NCBI RefSeq assembly: GCF_001194135.2
Contig: NC_068984.1
Span: 48,977,506-49,024,257, forward strand
DNA length: 46,752 nucleotides
Direction: 5' to 3'
Origin: Octopus bimaculoides
Lineage: Eukaryota
Part shown: piece by piece, positions 21,498-32,581 of the stretch
How positions within the stretch are numbered: the first letter of the stretch is position 1
How the letters are laid out: each line of letters starts with the position of its first letter
The notes under the pieces: generated by a model
Told to the model about the DNA's origin: nothing
The model's input: the letters and a program-made list of their open reading frames with translations, nothing else
Databases searched by the model: none
Position numbers and translations under genes: made by a program

Positions 21498-23340
21498 AGA
21501 GAGATGTAGAGGTTGTCATGTATGGACGTAGTCGTGATTGCGCAGTTTTGCACCTACCTCGATCAAGTTTTGCACCTACCTATTTGCTACTAACTTGGCC
21601 AAAATCTTAAACTCTGTGTTAAGCAAAGCTATGGACCTGAAATTATCTAATTTGTTCCTTTTGTTTTCGTCTCTCCTTATCAGCGTCACTACACCCCGGC
21701 TAACAGAACTGGGAATATGCCTGTACTGCTTCCAGTTACTCTAGAGCGCTTCGAGAAGATCGGAAAACAAGTCTGGCATGTCTACATGAAGTTCATAGGG
21801 AAGACCATCTAAACCTGATAATTTGTGCCTCCTGCAACCGACAAGGGCATCCTGAATTGCGGCTGAAGCTATTTGCTTTTAACAGTGCTCAGCGTCGGCC
21901 ATCGAGAGACGCGACAAGCCGTCGAGGTAGGAACTGAAGTCCGCTACCATCTCCGCCCCACCACTATCCCCGAACAACTGAGGAAAGTATTGGCGAAAGG
22001 CTTCACACATCTGCCTGGAATCACTCAGCTCGTGTCCGTCCCGGTCCGTCAAAGACCGATTTGAGGTTTTGTTGCTACACAGCGTCGGTTACAATGCCAC
22101 TACACGTCGGTAGCACGTCAGTTGCAATGCCACTACAAATAACCTTGTCTGATTTAGCAACTAACTCCTCCTCTTTTCTATTTTTTCTAACACTGTTTCT
22201 TTGCTAAGCCCTATCGATATTACTCTAATCTCTCTTTTGGGAGACACCCACCACCTATTGCTGATGACACCCCCTGTAAACTTCTGATTAACTAAATTGT
22301 TGACCCTGTCCCTGTAAGCCCTACGTGCCGGAAATGACATGTTAAACTTCCAGTAAACGGGTCCTAGCCTACTCGTCTTATCTAGGTCGACCATACAGAT
22401 TTAAAACTTATGGTCTGAATAGGAGACCGTTTCCAAAAACGGACACCCTACTCTGTTATTTTCTATTTTTCTAGCAAAATCCTATCTACATAAGATCTAG
22501 ATGACCCTAAGCGATTGCTCCAGATCCACACTGGCGCATTAGCGGGATCTTGTCGGTACCTGTCAGACAGTTGAAACTGGCTGATCACGTGCTTCAGCTT
22601 TTGAACCCTCCTCTTCTATCAGTTACTTCCATATAATCCCAACGTTGATCTAAGATTCGTTCCAGTCCCCTACTAATGGTAAATGGCGCGACGTACCTAC
22701 AAAGGTTTCCAGACACCTAAAGAAATCTGGCTGTTTGGCATCAGTAGGAGCGTCGGCGGCCACCAGTCTAAAGACACTACTTACACTGTTGTTCACGTCC
22801 AGGACCACCAACTTTCCGTCAAGGTTCCCGAAGATCGACTTTACCCCGAGATCCAGTTCTTTTCTAAACTGCACTGCCACTCCACCGACTAACAGATGCA
22901 AAACACTTCCCAACCGACTAACAGATGCAAAGATCTAATAGTCGTAGAACATGGAGGTCAGTGCGCGTGTATTGGAAATCCTGGTTTCACTGACAGTAAT
23001 TATATCCAGTTCTAGAGACCTGAGATCGATGAGCAGGCGTCTCTGCTTCCAAGGTGACCCCAGGCATCGCACATTTAAAATTCCTACTCTTAGTATGATC
23101 ATGCTGGCATACTAAAGAGAGAAAGAAAAAGTTTACTTACTTCCCGCTTGGGTGCTTCGACCTCCATAGTTGTAAGGATTTTTTTAGGGAACCCCTTTAA
23201 GTGCCTCGATGTGTGGCTCACACTCGGGGTTCCCACGTCCTCCGGAAACCTCTCTCGAATTTGTGTGTAGGAATCGAGTGACATTCGCACCAGAAGTAAA
23301 TCTTATGGTACACGAAATGTGTTCCATTTGAAGATCACCT
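21498..23340 (-). mobile_element. Tx1/L1-like LINE ORF2 N-terminal half (APE endonuclease to RT domain 2), with probable ORF1 tail
   Basis: From ~23095: ILRVGILNVRCLGSPWKQRRLLIDLRSLELDIITVSETR; then GGVAVQFRK..DGKLVVLDV..FRLVAADAP..LVGDWN (ORF 22650-22913); then KLSGLDGLPYEL..RGVVTLIRRD..DNFRSIALLNTEFKILAKLVANR and QNCAI..SIHDNLY at ~21500. Confidence 0.92.
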
Positions 23341-23671
23341 CCACTCCCAATTGATTCAAATTACGTGTTTTGTGTTACGAGTGCCATCATTTTCTCATTG
23401 TCCATTCTGATGAGTACAAAGTTGACTGTTTTGTGTTGGTGTTGTTTAATTTGCTTGACTGTAGTGGTGAGGGTGTTGTTTCTGTTGTTTCTTAGAAAAA
23501 CCCCATCAATTTAAATGCCTGTATTGTATTACATGAAGACATTTCGCGATTGCCCTTGCCATTTCTCCGCCATAGCTTTCAGTCGTACTGTAACATCTCT
23601 CATACTTCACTCATCCTAGGACGCTGGGTCTGTCTCGGCAAGTGATTGCAACAAACGTGCAGATTAAACGT

Positions 23672-23700
23672 AAATAATAATAATAACAACAACATAAACA

Positions 23701-23790
<90 letters not shown>
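23672..23790. repeat. (AAT)n array; further tracts at 24110-24155 and 25501-25554, then gap and (AAG)n 26033-26123
   Basis: Directly visible. The tracts flank the Dong-like elements. Confidence 0.97.
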
Positions 23791-23793
<3 letters not shown>

Positions 23794-24109
23794 CTTTCAA
23801 AATACAAAGACCTGGAAATAGAGATAACTCGAATGTGGAGTCTAAAAACAGAAACAATTCCTATCATAGTAGGTGCCTTAGGTATAATAAAAAAATACTC
23901 AGACAAATACATAACAAAAATACCAGGACTTACAAATATATGTAACATACAGAAAATTGCACTACTGGGTACTGCACACATTCTACGCAAAACACTTTCA
24001 ATACAGTAAACATAAAAGCACCACAGCAAACCACAGCACATACCCAAGGCGCACAGAGCTGCGCTCGGTAGTGAAGTGAAAGCACGTTATAAAAATAAAA
24101 CTACTGAAC
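23791..24109 (+). mobile_element. 5'-truncated R4/Dong-like retrotransposon (REL C-terminus plus 3' UTR) within (AAT)n
   Basis: KLSKYKDLEIEITRMWSLKTETIPIIVGALGIIKKYSDKYITKIPGLTNICNIQKIALLGTAHILRKTLSIQ*, stop at 24007-24009. Both sides are (AAT)n. Confidence 0.92.
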
Positions 24110-24155
24110 AATAATAATAATAATAATAATAATAAAAATAATAATAATAATAATA

Positions 24156-25500
24156 CCAGTCGTGACTTACAGTTTCAATATCATTAACTGGTCAATTACT
24201 GAAATATGTAATCTTGATAGAAAAATACGAAAACGTTTGACACATATAGAACGATTTTATCTGCCAACAAAAGAGAGACGCCGTGAACTTTTACAACTGG
24301 CATTAACAATGAAGATTTCTACAATTGGCCTAGACACCTACCTGAAAATCTCTGAGGACTGGATGTTAAACCTGTCTCAAAACATGAAAACTAGAAAGTA
24401 TCATACTCAGTAACGAAACAGGCAAAGGAACATCTTAGTGAATTCTGAGTACAACAATTTCCAGTATTAGACGTACTAGAAACCAGCACAGGAAAAGCTA
24501 AGCGCATGAAACCCGTGCTAAAACTGCTGCCTTAGATATTCTGACTGATAAATAGCAAGAAAAACCTCTCAATGGCAAATACTCAAAGAGAGCGAATAAT
24601 ACAAATGTTGACAAAGAAATTACCCATCAATGGTTTATGTCTTTTGGTTTAAATTCAGCAACAGAAGGGTTTATCATAGCAGCGCAAGATCAATGCCTAC
24701 CTACAAAGAACTACCAGGCCAACATATTAAAGAACGGCAGCTCCCGAATATGTCGTGTATGTCAACAACAAAATGAGACGATTGATTATATTGTCTCCAT
24801 GTGCAGTCTTCTTGCACCTAAAGAATATCTCAACAAGCATGGTAGAACTGCACAATATAGTCACTGGATAATTTTCAGGAACCAGGATATGATAAAAACT
24901 GGTGGGAACACAAACCACTGCCAGCGTTTGAAAATGATCACATCTCACTCCCCTAGAACTTCACCATTCAAACTGATAGAAAGATGGATGAAAATAGGCC
25001 CGACATCGTACTAAAAGACTTCAGACAAAAATCATGCCTCCTCTTTGATATGACTGTCCCAATCGATATAAACGCGTCTGTCAAGACCTACCAAAAGCTG
25101 AGCAAGTATAAAGATCTTGAAATAGAAATTAGCAAAATGTGGAACCTGAAGACTAAAACAATACCTGTTGTCATAGGTGCCACAGGAATGATAGCAAAAG
25201 GGGTTGATTGCTGCCTAACTCAGGTACCAGGAAACCCCAAAAGTGCAGAAATTCAAAAGATAGTGCTCATGGGAACTGCCCATATCCTACGTAAAATACT
25301 GTCTATGTAATCTCAAATTTCAAAACAAACAATTTTCTTATGGTTTCTTAAACATTCTCTAGAACAACACGATGTACAAAACCAAATATATGGTACCCTA
25401 GGCATAATACCAGCATGACCTTCTAACTTGCTTTCTCTTGTGGTCTTTGGGTGAGACCAGGAGTCAAATTGTACAAATTCCAAGTAAAAGTGAAACATAA
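24156..25500 (+). mobile_element. 5'-truncated R4/Dong-like retrotransposon (thumb, zinc knuckle, REL endonuclease, 3' UTR) within (AAT)n
   Basis: TYSFNIINWSITEICNLDRKIRK..IERFYLP; AQDQCLPTKNYQ..CRVCQQQNETIDYIVSMC (CCHC with H>Y); NRPDIVLKD..LLFDMTVP..KLSKYKDLEIEISKMW..GTAHILRKILSM*. Frameshifted, flanked by (AAT)n on both sides. Confidence 0.95.
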
Positions 25501-25554
<54 letters not shown>

Positions 25555-26094
25555 NNNNNNNNNNNNNNNNNNNNNNNNNNNNNNNNNNNNNNNNNNNNNN
25601 NNNNNNNNNNNNNNNNNNNNNNNNNNNNNNNNNNNNNNNNNNNNNNNNNNNNNNNNNNNNNNNNNNNNNNNNNNNNNNNNNNNNNNNNNNNNNNNNNNNN
25701 NNNNNNNNNNNNNNNNNNNNNNNNNNNNNNNNNNNNNNNNNNNNNNNNNNNNNNNNNNNNNNNNNNNNNNNNNNNNNNNNNNNNNNNNNNNNNNNNNNNN
25801 NNNNNNNNNNNNNNNNNNNNNNNNNNNNNNNNNNNNNNNNNNNNNNNNNNNNNNNNNNNNNNNNNNNNNNNNNNNNNNNNNNNNNNNNNNNNNNNNNNNN
25901 NNNNNNNNNNNNNNNNNNNNNNNNNNNNNNNNNNNNNNNNNNNNNNNNNNNNNNNNNNNNNNNNNNNNNNNNNNNNNNNNNNNNNNNNNNNNNNNNNNNN
26001 NNNNNNNNNNNNNNNNNNNNNNNNNNNNNNNNAGAAGAAGAAGAAGAAGAAGAAGAAGAAGAAGAAGAAGAAGAAGAAGAAGAAGAAGAAGAAG

Positions 26095-26125
<31 letters not shown>

Positions 26126-27189
26126 TAATACACATTATGAGCTGATAAGGTCTACCATGGAAAAAAGCGTACATATTGTGCAGGCCAACTCAATCAATCT
26201 AATCCTTCAGGTAACATAAACAAAGAAAAACCAGTGCGAACTCAATCTCACAGTTTCAATGAATTATGAAAGAGAACGATATTACCAACATTTTGTTAAT
26301 CAAGCTCTAGTCGGAACTGTAACACTTTGCACTATGTAATGTAATTTCTTTGAATTGTGACAAAGAAATATATCCTATTAAAGAGTAGAAGCGAGAACAA
26401 ACAAATATTTCCAACTACAAATTTTGCAAAATTATCATATGCTCCAAGACATAATTGTGAAAATAAATTTTACAAAGCTTATTACACTTGACAAATTATT
26501 AGTGATTAAACTAAGTAAATGAATAAAGTATTTATCGTTCAAATTCCCAAAATTGTTACTCACTTTGGGGAATCCGCAAAGATCATGAAACTCTCAGTAA
26601 CAACAGAATCAATATATACTGCAACATTTTGTGAGTAATTTCGTATCATTTATAACCAAACACAATTTAATATAAATCTGTTTCTAAATAAATCATCTCT
26701 GGGAATGATTTAGAAGCAGCTGTTAATGGATATATGATACTGCACATTGAGGTCGATAACCCTATCGTGTGTGCAGAGGTTAGGAGTATAATGCCCGAGT
26801 CTCAGTCTTCACAAAAGCAATAAACGTTTTAAAGATATTAATTTTAACATACATATATCAAACAAATATAGTAAACGTAGATTTAAATATACGAATTAAA
26901 CATATAAATTAAACATATGAATTTAAGCAAATACATTTAAATATATGAATTTAAATGTAGAAACATTGAATGCGATTCTGTATACGAATATATTAATAAT
27001 TTTCTAAAATAATTTTGATGTTATAAAAGTTGCATAAAACCAATGAATACAACACCGAATAATCGTTTTCATTCTAAACAATATATGTGCTCTCAATCGC
27101 TCATAAAATTATAATCTGGAAGTGTCGATTTTAGCAATTACAATAGATGAAAAATTGTATAAAACATGGAGAATATTGCTTATAGGTCC

Positions 27190-30135
27190 CGATGCTGCTA
27201 GGACGACGACATCACTTCAAGCTGTAACCAAATGCAGTTGGATTACATGTTTATACGAGCGGAGACTAAAACCCAAGCGGCAGAGTTTTCCAGAGGTCAG
27301 CAAGGATCCGATGAGCTGGGTATTGGAGGAAGTCTAACAGCAACTGCATAACGATGCCTGGCCCGTCATCCGTTTCCATCTGCACCAAGGGTTTCCAGAT
27401 CCCTAGAAGAAATGTTTAATTTCCACAAGGTGGCAATAACATCACCTTTGTATCACTTCCCCAGTTCTCCAAGAGATCGTTGAGCTTCGTTCAGTTCTGC
27501 ATGGGGTACAATACAGGGGAGACGGAACGCGGGCACGCCGATGAGATGGCCAGTTCAGTGAAGTCGAACGCTTGACAATAAGGTATGATTTGATACTGAA
27601 GGAGTTGCAGTGTTCGAAGATGGTTCGATGTGGAACCATCTCTCCATATGGAATATCATCCAGGATGCGTTGAAGACACCTGATGAGCAAGGAATCAAGA
27701 AATTACATGTGCTTCCAGTGAACCATCCAGAATTCTGCATTAAAACGATGACCAGACACACAGCATGTTTCTGAGGAATGGTCAGATTCTGGTTGGAGAA
27801 CACTCAGGTCTGGAAACAATCGAAAGCCACATATTTTAGGCAGGATGAACCCGAAGTAGGTTAACCGCGAAAAATATTGAGCGTCGCCACCAACTTGAAG
27901 AAAGAGAACTTGAAGGCAGTGAATGGAAACCGTGTTCATACATTATGTGTTTACTTGATGTTAACCTCCAAACGGAGTCGTTGATAAACGTTCACTGTGG
28001 GGCCTTAGATATGCGACTTTTTCCATAGAGGTAAGAATCACCCTTTTTTGTAGTCGAAGATGTTCGCATCTTTCTACTCCTCAAGAAGGTGGATGTCCTA
28101 GGTGGCCTTGAACAGTCCCTGAAGTTGGCTGTGCACTGCGATGCCACCATACATATAGATTTCAGGAGAGAGACCGTCAAATTCAAATGAACTACTGTTA
28201 TGGAGGGATAAGCTACTACGAGTAACCACCCTCAACTAATAATGATGGCAGTTGAGATCTTTGAAATGTGACAATCGATAAAAGATTTAATCAGAATCCT
28301 TCTAAAGAATGTTTCCATCAGCACTGTGAACAGGTACATTGTGCTTGGACAATGCACGAGAGATCGCTTTCAGTGCTTCATAACTGTAATGACTGTCATT
28401 GGTGCCAAGGAAGCATTGAATTTCTTTAGCTTTCTTGATTAATTAGGTGTTCTCCATTTGCCATAGGAGGCATTGGACGTTAAAGTTAAAGGAACACACT
28501 CATCTCTTAGGTACGATGACGAGGGATATACAACGAAGGCATCGTGTGCCCTGTTCTTCGCTGCAAGGAGATCGCAAATTTTTGCCCGGTTTTTATCAGA
28601 CCAGCTTTGACGATGGTGTTTGGCGAAAACTAAGAATAACCGCAGCAGTAGCAAGCAGTGGATCACAAAAAGAGACATGTTTCTTCAATATACAGTTCAG
28701 AACGAGCAGGAAGGCTATTAAGGACATCACATATATGGAATTTCAGTTCGTTTTCTCTGTATGCGAATTGAGAAGATCACAGTCAAGCTTAGGTTTTGGA
28801 GGCGTGAGACGAACTTGTGGGAGATGTGAAGGCGGAATCGTGACCGGGTGAGTCGATGGTCAGCCCAACATCTGGATGGAGGATATCTTGAACTTAATAC
28901 TGGCGAATCGCAATGTAGTCCAAGATGTGCCAGTGCTTGGATTGAGGGCGTTTCCAAGAGATGCCAGTGTTTGGATCGATGGTTCCGTACTTCGATGCTT
29001 TTTGAAACACAAAGTTCGTGAAAACAAGTTCATGATCAGCACAAAGTGCAAGATGAAGTCCGTTTGCATTGACGCATCCAATTCCTTGCATACCGGTAAC
29101 CCCAGAACCAGACATTATAGTAAGGTCCAACGCGAGAGCTTAAAATAAGGATGTTATATTGAGAATGGAGATGATCAAGTTGTCCAGCTCGTCGTAAAGA
29201 GAGTTCTTGACATCTTCATCTGAAAAACATTTTGTCCAAAACATCCGTAATAGATCATTAATGAGCAAGGTGAGGTTCGCTGAGAGCCATGATATCGAGT
29301 ACATATCAAACGATTTCAAGGACATTGAGTGCAGTCCGCCAACAGTATCTGTCTGTTGTTGCATCCATTAAACTCTCCATTAAGGTACGAACATACCAGA
29401 AGGCAGCTTTCAGAAGAACTTGACGCTCGTTTTTGACAGTTCGACCCCAGAAAAGAATGTTCTGATAGAGCGGTTATCCACCCGAGTGAGTAAAAACGGG
29501 TAATACTTAGCTTGGGACCTTCTCAACTGGGACAAGCAATGCGAATGCTGAAAAGGGGCGCTTGATCAGACATGGAATTGTCGAGTGCAGTTGCTGTTCC
29601 TATTTTCAAACTCCAGCGGTTATCAGCCATGTATTGTCTACGTACATGAGCCACGCTAAAGGCTTCTAAATCCATCCGAAACCTCTCCTAAACAAGGTGC
29701 ACCCCATCATTTCAGGCCTTAGAAGGAGGAGGGTGAAGGGGTCAGTCCTGGGCAGGTGACTAGATTCCAGTGAGGTAGGAAGCACGCAAACCAGCAAGCA
29801 CACAAACGTAATCATCATAGGACCCTTCTGGAGGCAATACAGATTTTAGGAAAGAACAGGGTCCTGGTTGGGACTTCAGTGGTTGTTGAATATCCAGTCT
29901 ATCAGTGATTGCATCGATGCCTGCACATTAAGCATGTCTGAGTGGGGATGACAGCCTGTTAAACCGTTTTGACGGTTTTTGCTTTTTGTGCTGCAGTAGA
30001 CTATCAAATCTTCTACATCTTATCGAACTGGGTGTAGTTGCTGATTCAGTCTCCGACGCTCGACCATGACTAGTGGGTGAGTGGGTCAGATTAGATGGTT
30101 ACCGAAAAACCCTTAGCGAATCAGGTGCACGGCAC
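27190..30135 (-). mobile_element. RTE-clade LINE with apparent 5' UTR and 3' end but internal deletions (part of APE, RT core)
   Basis: Minus frames give AFWYVRTLMES (WNVRTL), LDIMALSE, DEDVKNSLYDELD, GIGCVNANGL..LCADHELVFTN..WKRPQSKHWHILDYI, RQSWSDKN..ICDLLAAKNRAHDA, KKGD, then a jump to LEVNIK..VFSNQNLTI..RCLQRIL and a C-terminal GKLCRLGF..YKH. The GC-richer 29400-30135 segment is taken as the 5' UTR. Confidence 0.92.
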
Positions 30136-30195
30136 CTACGGAGAGTATGTGAATAAATAAACTGTATTTGAAAATATATATTTAGTTTTAATCAG

Positions 30196-30290
30196 AAAGA
30201 AATGTTCAGCTTTTAACCCCTGAGGATAACGTGTGCAATTTGAGCCCAAGAAAAGCAACCATAATTCGAAACTTAAAATTCTCTTTCGAG
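30196..30290 (+). CDS. Candidate internal exon (95 nt, phase 1 to 0) of an unidentified gene
   Basis: Acceptor tttagttttaatcag| and donor TTCGAG|gtaata. One open frame: RNVQLLTPEDNVCNLSPRKATIIRNLKFSFE. No recognised homology. Confidence 0.22.
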
Positions 30291-30909
30291 GTAATAAGAA
30301 GAAAACATCTTCTGTAACACGTCTAGAAACATATTTATACAGAGAATTAATTAATTGCCACATTTGAATATTCTGTTACACAACTTATCATATCTAATAA
30401 TTTGTAACAACTTACGCCGAATGTATTACATCTCTTATACAATTTCCAGAAAAAGTGAGCAAATAAAGCATGTAATCAAAAACCGAACATGTCATTTTGT
30501 TTTCCTTGCGATATTTCACTTGCTATCTCCTATTATAAACATATACGAGATACAATCTTATCACAGTAAATAGGCTAAGACCATAGATCACCGAATGAAG
30601 ATGATTTGTAGTATTTAGTGAGATTTAAGATCGCATTTTTCCAGTTCAAATCCTTCAACATTCGTATAATAAAGTTGATAAAATCAGTTATATAGAAAGT
30701 GGATTCAAACATAATGATATTTAGAAAATATATTAGTGTTTCTGCGAAAAACTATTTCTATTTTTGTATACATTTGCATTGTAATATATCGCTCAATGGA
30801 ACTATCATGAAATTATATTTGTTGGGACCTTTTTGACAACTGAAAAACATATAATTAAACTACTACGACAGCAAATAATGATAATAACAATATTAATAAT
30901 AACAATAAA

Positions 30910-31150
30910 CCTTTTCTGCGTAAGCGCAACAGCTGAATTTTGGGGGAAAGTTGTGGGTAGTCGATTACATTGATTCCAATGCTCAAATGATATTTACTTT
31001 ATGGACCTCGAAAATGAAAGGTAATGTCGACCTAAGCGGAGTTTCATGTCAGAACGTACAAAGGGATTAAAAGCCGCGAAGTATTTCATCCATCTTTAAG
31101 TTCAGAGCATTTTCTTCCGGCCTGCTAGCTATTCTGCCTGACTGCCGCCT
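30910..31150 (-). mobile_element. tRNA-derived SINE, family A
   Basis: gtagtcgattacat..tttacttt..aatgtcgacctaagcggag..tagctattctgcctgactgccgcctt followed by aatgataataata. Confidence 0.8.
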
Positions 31151-31169
31151 TAATGATAATAATAGGATA

Positions 31170-31508
31170 AATGGGTAAAGACCCTCTTCGGTTATGAATG
31201 AACGTGGTATTGCATATAAAATGTTCCCTTGCGAGGCAAAAGTCGGGGCAAGGTTGTTTATGGAAGACCAACAGTTGCCCATGCATATTAGCCTCCCTTC
31301 TCCACTCCACCAGTGTTATCAAAGGGAAAGACAAAGGCCGATACAGATTGGCACCAGTGACGTCGCAACACAATATTGACGGATGAGTGAACTGAAGCAA
31401 CGTGAAATGTCTTGCTCTAAAACACAACACACAGCCCAGTCCACGAATCGAACTGATTATCTCATTATTGTAAGCCCGACGCTCTAACCACTGGGCCATG
31501 CGCTTCAC
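31170..31508 (-). mobile_element. tRNA-derived SINE, family C (~340 bp)
   Basis: Minus strand: gcgcatggcccagtggttagagcg (A box), cagttcgattcg (B box), gtgttgtgttttagagcaagacatttcacgttgc (CORE-like), ending ..gaagagggtctttacc. Confidence 0.88.
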
Positions 31509-32581
31509 AATGAGAAGAAAGAGGAGTTTTCTGGGGTTTTCAGCCAGCGTTAGATATTTTCTTATGCATTTCTGCTTTGCCGAGACCTACCGCATATTGG
31601 TCGTATAGGGACATTTTTATCATCTGGTTTGTTGGGCACTTTATAGTCTATTACCATTTTCCCATATGCAATAGCTTCTCCTATTTTCTCTCCACTTTTC
31701 TCGAAGTACTCTGTTTTTATCTTACTCTCTACGTTGTATTTGTTGGTTTCCTTCAAAAGAGAAAACTGTTTTATTTTGTTCTTTTCTCTTTTACTTTATT
31801 TAGCTATTTGCATTTGTTTGCGATTACTCTTTAACGCGTATTTTTTATAGTCGTACAATAGATATCTTATAATAATAATTATCTAGTCGGAAAAAAAATC
31901 TAATCATTCCACTGTTCAAAGTAAATATATGTATATGTCGAATTTTCTGTTATGTATTCCAAATGCAGTAATTTATTTCGCTATAGAAGCTGTCTAGTCA
32001 TGCTAATTCAATTAGCTTCTGCTCGAGTATTTTATAACTCTAACGTATTAGTGAAGCAGTTGCAGCTTTGATAACGATTACCTTTGTTTTGGCATTTAAC
32101 TTTGTGTGACAATTAATTTAATACGGCCATAATATCTTATTTCTTTCTAATCTGCTTTCATTCATTTTCTCGAATATGTTCTCTAAGTCTGCATTCAGTA
32201 TAATTCTATTATCCATGACATTACTTGTTTGTGTGTTCGTTCGAATTATTTTCCTCTCTTAGAAAGCTAGCTTCGAGCATTTTGTAAACCGAATTTCATG
32301 CTACTCTGCCCGCTGAATCCGTGTATAATATGTAAAAGCGGTTAAAGAGTTCTTGTTTCGCACATAGTTTGACTTGCTTTAAACAGAAGAAATTCTTGAT
32401 TGGCGTTTCATATCACTTGTTTCATACAGTTTCTGGGTTTGTATGGGTTAAAAGAGTTGAAAAGTCATTAGTCTAATTGTTCCAGTCCTTCTTTGCAAAA
32501 TTGTACTTCAATTATTTATGGGAAGTTTGATGATCCTGAGCGTAGTTAGTGATATTGTACATTTGGTTAACATCTTAAATA

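Noticed and set aside
26569-26623. Small exon-like segments (26569-26623 minus, ~43330-43356 minus, ~44740-44785 minus, acceptor at 11046 plus, 7860-7990 either strand)
   Set aside because: Short open frames with AG/GT ends are expected by chance in 47 kb; no homology or consistent phase chain.
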